Shown: in pieces, positions 24,755 through 36,922 of the stretch
Numbering within the stretch: the first letter of the stretch is position 1
Layout of the letters: each line of letters starts with the position of its first letter
Source: Epiperipatus broadwayi
Taxonomy: Eukaryota; Animalia; Onychophora
Length of the DNA: 64,000 nt
Direction of reading: 5' to 3'
Assembly (NCBI GenBank): GCA_028023455.1
Contig: JAQFVV010000008.1
Span: 16,368,001-16,432,000 of the forward strand
Made by a program: the position numbers and the translations under genes
Notes under the pieces: generated by a model
The model's input: only the letters and a program-made list of their open reading frames with translations
Databases searched by the model: none
What the model was told of the DNA's origin: nothing

Positions 24755-27700
24755 TCTAATTTTTTGTATACTGAGGGTTCTGGGTCACAATCTGAACCCT
24801 AGCCCAATGTAACAATACTGGATTCCGAGGTCACACAGACCAGACATAAAAAATCAGGGGGTAAAAAACGTAAAACCTCAGAACTTCCAAATACTGACCC
24901 AAATCAGTTGGTGGATGATCCCTTTGTAGAGTTATTGGGATCCATAGATCTTGAAGAGATGCAGGAAGAGTTACAGTTCATCCCTTCTACACAGTCTCAG
25001 ATATTTTCAGAAGATCCAAATGATCAGGAGATTGATTATATCTATTCTTCAATGGTTTCAACCCTGGATCTTTGAGAAATCTGAGGAAGATGAACTAAAC
25101 TAAATAGTTATGAATTATAAAATAGCGGGTATTAATATACGTGGCCTTAATTCTTTAGCCCATGCTTATGCAATAAGAAATTGGTGACGGTCAACAATCC
25201 TCATATTCTACTGATGGATGAAATTTAGATCCACAGCAACACAGATTGTAAAATAGAAACTATAATAGGCTCCATGGGATATACAAGATTCTCAATTGAA
25301 TCTCTGCAGCTGGTGGTGTAGGAGTACTAATAAACCATAACTCACCACCAAATAAATTCAGCATACTTTATCTTGACAGCAACATAATCATTCTGGAGGT
25401 AGACTATTGGGGTTACAACATAAACCTGGCTTACATATATACAGCAAAAGTCTCACTGTTATACCACAGAATCATACCCATACTAAATGCGGTCCTAAGT
25501 AATAGGTCTGGCTAACTACTCATAATAGGAGATTTTAATACCACATATAATCATTTTAATCATAGATACTTATCACTGACCAATGAGCGGTTGATGTGTG
25601 GAGAGGGCTTCTTCCCTCCTGGGGCCTTCTCCTTCTACACCAAAACTTGTAAATCTCTAATAGAACTCCTATACTATTCACCAGACCTACATTTCCATAT
25701 AAACGCATCATTGGTACCTGTATCATTTTTGGACCATATAGTCCTTGTCGTATCGCTGGACGCCATCTTTGGCCACCCATCTCTTCAGGCCCACCACAAA
25801 ACTATGCGCATGGTGACTAGAACTAACATTACGGAGACTATGGTGTTCAACGCATACATATATTTTAACAAAATAAATATTCTATCAAGGTCAGCGGAAG
25901 AAGCCTGGTTCTCGCTGATAGGCATCCTCCAAACAATCCTAAATCATCACTCTCAGAAAGTCGAGGGCCCCAATGGTCTCCTTAGAGACCTTCTAGTCAT
26001 AGATAAACATCTCCAAATGCAAAAACAACTTCGATCAAAACAAAAATCATTAGCTGAATACATATCCATCAGGAGGTCCAAGGCATACCTGCCACAACAA
26101 CTCTGCTAAACCAAGAATCACCTGAGATGGATGCTGGGGGCAAAAAAGAACCAAATCACTCCATCATCTATCACAATAGACAGTATAACCTATGTGGGCC
26201 TTCCCATACTGAACACTATTAGAGAATCCTTCTATCAGAAAATACAAGCTGGAAGCATCGTCAGCACCCCAGAGTGATAATCAAGGGCATCATGGTATCA
26301 CAGAAGTCTTACTACTACAGAAGCTATCATCCCTACCTGATAGAGTCCACCCCAGACTTCATGGTATACCCAAATTCCTTGTACTTCATCTTAGTCATTT
26401 CACTATATCAATTATGAAGAAGATGGTGGATCACTTGGTGTCAAAAAATAAAATCGTTAATGATCTGTATCCAGTCGCTTTGGTTCCATTCATTAAAAAG
26501 CATAAATGTGTTCACAGACCTTACAAACATCAGACCAATATCCATGACTCCACTTTTAATCAAAACAATAGATTCCGTAATCAAAGACTCATTCAACTCC
26601 TGATCATAAAACACATCTCTAAAAATCAATATGCCAAGAAAGGGTCTTCCACTGCACATGCAATGAGTAACATAATAGCATTAATTGACTATATCAGATG
26701 CTATCGTAAAATAAAGCCAATAGCAATCCAACTAGATATTGCTGCTGTGTTTCTGGCATAATGTGACATTCCAGTGGCACTTATCCAGATTATAATAACC
26801 TGTTGAATAACAGAAATATTCATTACTATGAAATGGCAACATCACATAGGGATTCAAACCATCCCAGTCACTACTCCAAGGTTCCCCTCTCAGTGCTATA
26901 TGTTTTATAGCATATATCAATCCCCTCCTAATGGATGTGGAAAATCTGCCGAGAGTCTATGTAACTAGTCTAAACAGAGAGTTTAGTACATTTGCATATA
27001 TGGATGATGTAATAATCATCCTCCGCAGCCAAAATATATCTCCCGCTGCTTCAAACAAAACTGGAGAGATATTCAAATAAATATGGGTTGCAGTTTAATC
27101 CAGACAAGTCTGTCTCTTGACAATTTGCTCTGGGAAAAGCATTAAATCCATCCTCCCCAAAACCCCAAAAATATTTTGGCTTCCCTATATACAGATCTGC
27201 CACAGCAATGACAAAAGATGTACAAGAGAATTTACTAGATGCAACAAGGAGAATTGTCTCATCCTTATCTGGAATCTATCTTTCCTTGCATAGGAAAATT
27301 TCCCTGCTTAACATAAATGTTCTCCCAAAAATTTCATATTTCCTTCTCTTTATAAAATCCACAAAGTGCTTCCAGGGGCAAATTAATGCGCTGTGTTCAA
27401 GGCTCTTCTGGAATGGAGGGATAGTTGCAATTAGTCTTAAGGGCATGCAGCGGCCGAGAAAGTTTAATGGACTATCCTTCCACTCTATACAGGCTTTAAT
27501 ATATCCAAAAAAACTCACACTACTATGTACAATTTGATAACAGCATATGGACATAATACTGTTCTCCCAGAAGTAAATCCTACAGACAGGTCCCCACCAT
27601 GTAGGGTATCGTGGCTTTCCCTAATAATCGGTTATATAAAGCAATTCACTATAATAAGGGACACTATATTTAACTCTAAAAATTACACTATGTCAAGCAT

Positions 27701-28240
27701 ATGCAATCCTGCACCCAACCATACAACCCATAGTCAACACATTGTACAGCAATAATCAGAAGCTTATAACAAACTTTAAAGGATGGAGTCTTGAAGCCAA
27801 ATATCTAGACTTCATCATTAAGTATAACATCAATGGACTACCCACAAACCACTTTCTCTATTACAAGTGAGGATACACTGGAATAGATCTGATTTGTAAC
27901 CTATGCCTGTGTGGAGAAGAGACAACTGAACACTTCACCAACCATTGTACAAAGCTAAATTCGATTCGTCTCATCTCCAATACTAGAATAAATTTTAAGC
28001 TTATCATGTCATTAAAAGACAGTATCAACACAAAAACCTTCCCAATAATAAGACTCTCAGTCTTCCTGATCTGCGCCATTTAGGTCACCCATTGCAAGAT
28101 TGTAATGGAATGGCCACAACCAAATGAAGCTCAATTCTTCATTAGAACTCTCAGTAATATTAAAAAGAAGGATAAGCGCCTGGCATCATCAAAAATGTTT
28201 GAGGATACCTGGATTCTATTTTCGCTACCCACATAAAGTA
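24755..28240 (+). mobile_element. Decayed L1-clade (Tx1-like) LINE: ORF1 tail, endonuclease, RT, C-terminal zinc knuckle
   Basis: MNYKIAGINIRGLNS at 25110, IIGDFN, FLDH (SDH-like), LDIAAVF, LQGSPLS, FAYMDD and CLCGEETTEHFTNHC in L1 order; acidic ORF1 remnant at 24755-25100. Confidence 0.88.
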
Positions 28241-29331
28241 TCATAATGGAAGACCATTCAACAGTTGAAACTAACCAAAGAAAGTATTGAGTAATATTCC
28301 TGGATCCGAGAGACTTTGTAACAACCTAAAAATTAATGAACAGTTAAATCCAATAAGGAAGAAAAGAACATTACGTAATGAACAACATAGGCTATTTACT
28401 ACAAAATAGCCAAAGATACCTCAAGACTGACAATTGGTATATGCTCAATGTTGTGTAATTAATGCATACATTAGAAGTAATAAAAATATTATTGAAATAA
28501 AGATGATGAAGAAAAGCATGTGTTGCTTTTTTCCAGTTTATATACTTTGTCCTTTTGTTTTCTGGAATAATTAAGCTCATTGGAAAAATCTGGGTAGTGA
28601 GTGTATTATCAATTTAATCTTGCCTATGTAAATTTAATTAGTATTTTAACTAGTACTAATTAAATTTTCTCTGTTATCTGATTATTTATTTTTTTCCTTT
28701 AGCTAATAATTACTGTATACAATATGATTAAATATTTTATATTACAGTAATGTGACTAGTCTGATTCTAACTATTTATTATCTATTTATTTATTTCCTCT
28801 CTGTAAATTATTTTCATAACTTATTAAAATACATATATTTCACATATGCACATATATCTACTTTGAAAATAAACTGACTTAATAAGACTGATCTGAAAAA
28901 GTAAATGAACATAATTATTGAATTTAAAATGAATTTGGAAAAAATTTCATTTCCAGCAATGCTACAAAAGCTATATTTTCATTTTCATAATTTGATCATT
29001 TTTTTCTCTATAAAAATATGACTTTAAAGTGTAATTAATAACATTAAGAAAATAAAAACTGATGATGCTTAACTATACAAATAGAATTTCCTTCTAAAAG
29101 AATCAACAATTTAATATCAAGTTATATAACTAAAAGTGTTAAATGTGGATGGTTTAGCAAATAATTCTGAAGAAATTACTGATTTCATAACTGCCATTTT
29201 GTTCAAAAATTCAAATGGAAAATTATTATTACATTGCAATTTATATATACAGTTATTATTTTTATTTATTTAAAACATACAATAAATACTTATTTATATA
29301 ATTTTCTGCATAACAATATAAATTATCTTAC

Positions 29332-29556
29332 CAATGTCATCATTAAAACAAATCAACCAATTTCCCTGAGCAGTACCTTTAACAATTTTATCAACAGAAT
29401 TTTGGTGCAATATATCTACTACAAATCCATACACTATTCCAAATGACACTTCATTGGAAAGTTTGGATATTAGAAGTTTTTTAGTATCCCAAAGAACACC
29501 ATCTTGTTTTTTTACTGCCGTACTGTTATCTTTAATATCTAATACTGCATCAGCAA
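29332..29556 (-). CDS. Internal coding exon (225 bp) of an unidentified protein
   Basis: T-rich acceptor tttttag, donor gtaaga; open frame VADAVLDIKD..GNWLICFNDDI; phase 1-1. Confidence 0.8.
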
Positions 29557-30379
29557 CTAAAAAATAAATTAAAATCACTTTGTATTCAATATATATATAT
29601 ATTGTTATGGGTAAGCAAAGGGTGCATCTATAATAAATAAATAATGAAGCTTCATGTTAGAAATTTCATTCCTTAAATATAATTTATCTATGTAATAATG
29701 ATTTTTTTAAAAGATTCTATTCACATGAAAAATGAATAAGGATTTCGACTTCTTTGCAGAAATTTCAAAATTCATAGACATACTAATTTTGATGAAAAAA
29801 AAAAAGAAATTGTTTATGCCTTTACACTAGATTGATAGTTAATAAAAGACTTACAAATCTGCAATAAAAATATTTAAAATCTCATAGACTTTCCTTTTCT
29901 TTAGTTCTAATTTCACTTGTATTAAGAAACTGAAATAGGAGTCACATAATAATACCCCATGTCTCAAAATTCAGAATATAGTTTTAATACATAAAAAAAA
30001 AATAGGGCAAATGTCTTGCCTGAAATCACCATTATATGGCAAAGATATTTGAGCATTTATAATTATTATTAAATATAGATGCTTTTGAATATATATATAT
30101 AAGCTTGACATATATCTAATTATTTTGTAAATTATAAAAATATATTTATAATTAAGTTTATTTTGTTATATGCAGTCAATCTATTATATTTGAAAATAGA
30201 TTATAAGTTAATTAAAGAAATTAATTAGGATTTGTTAAGAACTGTAACTAGAGAACCAACAAATTAATCTAAAGTAAGATGACAATGATAGATAAAAGAA
30301 TTAATACTATTCATAAATTAAAAATGAACAATGGAAAGAAGATGATAAAAGGACAGTTTTAGTTTCAGCAGTAAAATTG

Positions 30380-30530
30380 AACTGAGACTGCTGAAAAATG
30401 CAATTATAGCACTGGGGACTGATGACCATCCAAGAAAAGCTGTACTTATATACAAGATAGATTTTCATTGAATTTCGCTACTGATACATTCCAAAATGAA
30501 CCTAGTGACTTGTAGAAGCACACACATTTT
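30380..30530 (-). mobile_element. Possible pogo/Tigger DDE transposase remnant
   Basis: VQLFLDGHQSP resembles the LLILDGHxSH motif; short and contains stops. Confidence 0.35.
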
Positions 30531-30627
30531 TATTGTTATTTTTAGCAAGTATAAGAGCATATAAATAATTAAGAATTGTAATTATAAATTTATTAAACGC
30601 ACATTGATTACGTAAGTAATATTTACT

Positions 30628-30768
30628 GAGGCTATAACCTCGATAATATGCGTATAAAATGCAATAGAAGGGACCTCTACAGGTGTTTTAACCTAAGCTT
30701 GTGGTTAAAACACCTGTAGAGGTCCCTACTATCGCATTTTATACGCATATTATCGAGGTTATAGCCTC
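30628..30768. repeat. Near-perfect hairpin (66-bp arms, 9-nt loop)
   Basis: GAGGCTATAACCTCG..GGTGTTTTAACC / TAAGCTTGT / GGTTAAAACACC..CGAGGTTATAGCCTC with 2 mismatches. Confidence 0.97.
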
Positions 30769-33580
30769 TATAATTAAGAATGTGTAATTGTATGAATTAT
30801 GTATATTATCTGAATCTTTATTATAAAAAAAAAAATTTCACATTAATATTTGCTATTAATGCACTACATCTAGATGAAGGATATTTGGCAACAGCAATTA
30901 TATTTTTTGAAAATATTTTACATTTAAGAAAATGTCAAAATAGGTAAATCAAATTTAATATTTTGCATTCAGAAAGTCTCAAAAGTTTGTAGTGTTTAAA
31001 ACATGACCATATATAAACTTAAAATTTAATAAAATAAGACATAATGTCTAATGAATTCCAATGATTTTCAAGATTTAATATCAGAACAATAATGAAATAT
31101 AATTATTGCCATTTCAATTTTCATGATAAGTCACTGGTTAATTAAATTTGTGTGTTATGGCTAAATGGATTAAAGATAAACTACTATTTTATAAATTGGG
31201 CTTTTTAATAAGTAGATGGGAATCCAACTCATAAGTGCATGAGAAATCTTAAACAGGATCTCACAACCAGGTAGAGGTATGGCTGAATGAATTTTGACCT
31301 GATATGAATGAGAGTAGTTGTGTATAAAATAAACATTTTTTTTTCTTTAGTGTCAGATAGCAATGTTGATCCCATCCTGTGGAATAATTGTAGCATGGAT
31401 AATGTCAAGTAAAATACAGGAGATTGCACTTCCAATTTATATGAATTTAGACAGTGGATTATAGCTCAGCCTTGTATAGTGATTAAGAAATTAAAAATTT
31501 GTTTAAAAAACCCCAAAGTCATTAAAAAAAATTATAATAACTTAACTCATAAGATCTAAAATGTAGAAATCTCATATTCCTACTACACTAGTGCTATCCA
31601 CAAGAATGACAAAGATAAATCACGAATTCAGCATTCATAAGGATAAGATACTTTTCTCATCTTGAAAAATATTATTGTATAACATTTTCTGTATTGATTA
31701 TCTCAAATTGTTGTAAATCCTTTCAGCTAAAAGTAATTCATTACTGATCAATAATGAATGGTTGAATTAGATATAGACCAGTTACTTAAAATCCATCTTC
31801 AGCTTGCTTGAAAAATTTTCAGTTTCCTAAAAAAAATTTACAACCTTCACACATATGCATTGAAGATTTGGAGCAACAAAAAAAAAGACTTATATTATTC
31901 TACATATTAGTGAAATGACAATGAATTAATTATAAAAAAAAAAACCATCTGTATGAGAGAAGCTTCTTAAAGAATAAATTTATAAAATTTCCCTTTACAA
32001 GAAATTTTGTTTTGATAAAATTAATAGATTTTAAAAATTGTAAAAGCTTTTCCACTAATTGCATAAATCTCCCCTATTAATGTCTATAAATTAACACTAT
32101 AAAATTTTCTTTTCTTTCTTTGCTTATCAAAATTGAAAGCTATATTAAAGGATTTAATTTTATTTCTTGAACACAGAGATTGTTTGGTTGAGATTAATAT
32201 GATCTCTCATTTACAGCTATGACAAAGATTAGGCAAGTATGACTTTTTAATTTTAATTACCAACTTTTAAATTTGCAGTATGCAGATTATTATATTATTA
32301 TTTCAAATTTAAAAAATGATTTACAATAGTTTTTAATATTTTGAGAAAATGGTAAATCTATGACTATCAGCTTAAGAATGTAGATCAATTTAAATAACTA
32401 GGTAGAAAGATAGCCACAGATGTTGAAGAACAGTGCAGACTCTTATTTGCTGCTGTGTTTAAAAAATAAAAAAAATATGTATTTAATCATAGTTATATTA
32501 TTTCTTCTAATTAAATGAGATGAGAGGAATATAAGACTGTTCTTATGCCAAGTTAATTATATGAAAGTGAGAAGCTCACCCTCTAACAGCAAAAATGCAC
32601 TGAAAATATTTCATTTACTGATGTGATTCAATATTTTAAAATATGATATCAAGAGCATAAGATCACTCAATAAGCTTTCATTTACCTGGAAAAAAAAAAA
32701 GATTTTTTAGTAAACTTGAGTGTGATCTTGTTCCATTATAAAATTTATTACTATACTCTAAAAATCAGTTATGTAATAATGAGATATAATTTCAAAGGAA
32801 ATGTAAACTTATATGCAATTTATTTTGTGAACATGTTTCAAGCTCATATTCCTTGACAATCAAAAAAAGATATTAATAAAATTGTGAAAAAATCAACATA
32901 TTGGCATTAATTCCATGAGACTATTTAAGAAACATCTAATAATTGCTTAACTTATATGAATAATGGTATTCAGTCATTTTATTTATTAAATAAAAAAAAT
33001 TATAAATTAATAAAAAGAAATGTTAATTTTTTATTTCACAGTGCAACAACTGGGCTTTGCATATCACAAAATGGCACATGAAAATAGTTGGATTTTTTTC
33101 CACCAAAATGACAATATTAAAGTACAATCCTTTAGCTCCAGAAGCTTTTTCATTTGAATTTCAACAATAGTTCTTCTATCCTATTATCATAAACTTTTGT
33201 TTTTTAAAACTCGCAAACTCTGCTAAGTATTAAAAATATTTATCCTTGATAAAAAAAAACACAATAGTTTTACTATCTATAGTTTTGATAATATATAAAT
33301 ACTTTTTATATATTACATAAATTTATATATTCCAAAAACATTTCCTTTATTTTTTAATCTTTACTTCATTTTTAATATAGAATTCCAACACAATTCTTTT
33401 TTTTTTAAAATGTTTATTGAAATAATGTTTAATATTTTAAATACAAGTATATCTTACATACATGGAATCTAGATGCAATATAGGGGATTTGAATACAGAC
33501 TTTCAAGCTCTCTTCAGTCATCAACTCTATCTCATACTACTGATACACATTAACACACACATTAAAAAGATAAATGATCT

Positions 33581-33622
33581 CCAATATATGTATTTCGAGT
33601 TGAACCAGCACTCATCACTTGG
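33581..33622 (-). ncRNA. Family 2 hammerhead, mutated copy (C3 to G, weak stem II, GAAA intact)
   Basis: Reverse complement CCAA GTGATGA GTGCT GGTTC AACTC GAAA TACATA TA TTGG. Confidence 0.7.
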
Positions 33623-34080
33623 TACAGATCATCTCCCATACATAGATATAATCAGTGCTCAATTTATATTAAAATAGAAAATCTTCACACTTTAATGGAT
33701 AGACTCCAATCTACTTCACCCTCCAACTCTTGTGCCATCCATACCTTTGAAAATATGATGATGGAATGCCCAAATCCCATTTTAATGCTAATATTACTAT
33801 CATGTCCATGTTGACTTTTAAGTCATTCAGACCACTCATGTATAGGACTTTGTTCATTTAAATCCACAAAAGCGAGATGAGCAGGATACAGGCTGAATTT
33901 GTAATATTTTAAATACAAGTGTATTTTACAAAGTGTATTTTACATACCTGGAATCTAGATGTAATACAGAAAATTTGAGCACAGACTTTCAAGATTCCTT
34001 CAGCCATCCACTCTATCTCATACAACTAATACACATGACCACAAACATGTGAAAAAGATAAATGATGATGATGATATGGG

Positions 34081-34122
34081 CCAACTGATGAGTGCTAGTT
34101 CAGCATAAAATACATATATTAG
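34081..34122 (+). ncRNA. Family 2 hammerhead, mutated copy (GAAA to AAAA)
   Basis: CCAA CTGATGA GTGCT AGTTC AGCAT AAAA TACATA TA TTAG. Confidence 0.72.
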
Positions 34123-34550
34123 AAATCATTTATCTTTTTCACATGTGATCATGGGTATTGGTTGCATGAGATAAAGTGGATGGCTGATGGAAGCATGCAA
34201 ATCATGTTCAAAGCCCCTATATTAGATCTAGATTCCAGGTAAGCAAAATGTATTTAAAATATTAAAAATTCAGCCTGTATCCTGCCCATCCCTCTTCCGT
34301 ATATTTAAATGGTCGAAGTCCTATACATGAGCGGTCAGAGTGACTTAAGGTCAACACGATCATGATAATAATATTGGCAATAACAAGAGATTTATTTGCG
34401 TGTTCTATTATCAGATTTTCAATGATATGAATGGCTGAAGAGTTTGAAGGGTGGAATAGTTTGAAGCCTGTTCATTAAAGTTTAAAGATTTGCTATCTTA
34501 ATATAAACAGAGCACTGATAATATATATGTGTGGGAAAGGATTATCTGAA

Positions 34551-34592
34551 CCAACTGATGAGTACTAGATCAGCACAAAATATGTATATTGG
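34551..34592 (+). ncRNA. Family 2 hammerhead, mutated copy (GAAA to AAAA)
   Basis: CCAA CTGATGA GTACT AGATC AGCAC AAAA TATGTA TA TTGG, exactly 470 nt downstream of the previous copy. Confidence 0.72.
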
Positions 34593-34930
34593 AGATCATT
34601 TATCTTTTTCACATGTGTATGGTCATGTGTATCGATTGTATGAGATAGAGTGGATGGTTGAAGGAGCTTAAAAGTTGGTGTTCAAATCCCATATACGAAC
34701 TAATCTTTATTAAAAAAAATTTTAAATATTTTGAATATATAATCTTATCAAGGTATAATTTGGATTTATATACTTTAGTTTTTTTTTATGATTCAAATGA
34801 ATTATGCTTTGAAAACATTATATAATTTAATTGAAATATAGGTAATATTTTTTTATGTTTTTTATAAAATTTAATTCAGTAAAAAATTAGTTTTTTAGAA
34901 AAGAAAAGATGTGTTGAAATTTTATATATA

Positions 34931-35596
34931 AATTTATTTCACTAATAACATTACTTGTGAAGTTTCCAGTAAACCAAAATGGCAGTCCATATTTTTGTTA
35001 CATCTACAGTTTCAGGGGTCCCCAAAAATGTTTACAAAAAAATGTGTACTAGAAAATGTCGTATTTAATGTTTACATTTTAATTTTTACTTACAGTTTAT
35101 TTTCTTTTTTTTTTGGGGGGTTAACTTATTAATAAAAAAATGGGAGGGGGGGATTATAAATACAATATTTACACTTTATTCATGTTGGCGGCATGCAATC
35201 ATATTGTGACCATTAACAAATTTTTCAGGAGGACAGGATGCTGTACCTTTGGAAATAATTCACTGCATCACATTCTGTGACAGGATGGTCCCAAATTTTT
35301 TATCATTATGACAATTTATCCAAAAAAAAAAACTGCTGACATAAAAAAAAATACTGAATTAAACCAAAGAACAATGAAGAGTGTCTTGTCATTTCCTAAA
35401 TTATAATTAAAAAAAAAAATTGAAATAGAGCTTCTTAGTGAAATTTATTACTTTTTTTTTTAATTTTGCTTTAATTTAACAACCAACACATTTTTGATAG
35501 ATTGGAAGCTCTTGAAATTGTATATTTATCAAAAATATGGACTGCCATCTTGGTTTACAAAAAAAATTCATAAGCACTGTAATAATAATATAAACT
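34931..35596. repeat. Diverged element with long terminal inverted repeats
   Basis: GTAAACCAAAATGGCAGTCCATATTTTTG (about 34969) versus CAAAAATATGGACTGCCATCTTGGTTTAC (about 35530-35558); similarity extends about 100 bp. Confidence 0.8.
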
Positions 35597-36406
35597 TTTA
35601 AGATACTCTATAAGCTGATTTTACATTGATGAAAAATTTTTATACAGCATAATCAAAACAGTAATTTACTTTTATTGATTAAACTTCTCTTTTTATTTTT
35701 ATGTCTAATTAAAATGCAATTCAGCTTATTCAGTGATTGTTTTCATCCTTTCCGCTTAGCAGTTGAATGCCACCCTCTTTAAAAAAATATAAGAATTTTA
35801 AAAATTGTTCTTTTTTCTTTTTAGTAATATTTTTCCCATTTTCCCCTTAATAATTAGATGCAATCTTTTGAAGCACTAAATATTTTGAATAACTATTCTT
35901 TCTTGTTGAGATTTTTTTTCTCTTCTATACTTAGCAAATTGCATTTAACCTTTTAAAGATAAATTACACCATTAATCATAAAATTAAATGAAACTATTGG
36001 ATTAAGATTTTTAAAAAAATAAAACAGATCATTGAAACTTAGATTAATTTAAAAATATTTAAGGAAATCTTTTTTTCCTTTTAATTTAATTTTCAAATGT
36101 TTGTACCAATTTATTTTCTAATAAAATTGTACTATACATGTTTAAAATGCATATCATAAGTAATTTGTTATTATTTGTGAATTCCAATATCTATGCTAAG
36201 TCTTGCAAGTAACTGTTGCAAATTTGATGGAAGTACTGTATATTAAAAATTGTAAAAAAATATATATCAAATAAATTTAAGGGGGGGGGTATAATTTATA
36301 AAATAAAAAAATATATTTATATATACTGTGTACTTAAAAATGTTTTAAAAATCAGGTGAAGAAAAACATTTAAAATAAGTTGGATTTGTACTCGCTAATT
36401 ATTTAC

Positions 36407-36922
36407 CTTCAGAACTGTGATTTAATTGGTTGTCTTTTTCTGATGCAATATGGATGACTGGACTTTCCGAAGAATATGTTTCTAAATAATAGAGACTTGG
36501 TTCGATGGTATCATGTGTTTGCTTATTTGATACAACTACAATGGGCTGTAATGGTGTTTTAATATTTAGCTCACAAAGATTTTTTTCATCATTATTATAC
36601 AGACTGTTTTGAACAGGTAAAGTTTCTACATTACTGTCATCATTTACTGTGTAAGAACAACTTTGACTAAGTGGTTTAACATAATTTTGTGTCATGTTTT
36701 TATAATCAAAACTCAAATTTTGTTTTTGATTATTTATTTGAAGTAAGTCTTCAGATTGATATTGAAGAGTTTCTATAAACTTTTCATTAGACAATTTCTG
36801 CTGATTACCTTCAAAAGAAGCAATTAAAGAATGGTCAGTAACTCGTTCAACATTGAAGATCAAGACCAAACCATTTGGACAAAGTAATGTATGCACAGAT
36901 TTTTTCAAAACATTCGCAGCAT
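36407..36922 (-). CDS. Internal coding exon (516 bp) of an unidentified protein
   Basis: Strong polypyrimidine acceptor ttttctttctgcatttttttcag, donor gtaaat; 172 open codons in very AT-rich DNA; phase 1-1; in frame with the exon at 29332-29556. Confidence 0.85.

Larger units (their letters stand above)
33430..34695. repeat. Nested palindrome family 2: partial tandem (A-D-A, period about 470 bp) joined to its inverted copy
   Basis: TAATATTTTAAATACAAG at 33430 and 33902; inverted copy ending at 34264; 33700-33900 inverted at 34265-34500; turning point near 34075-34080. Confidence 0.92.
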
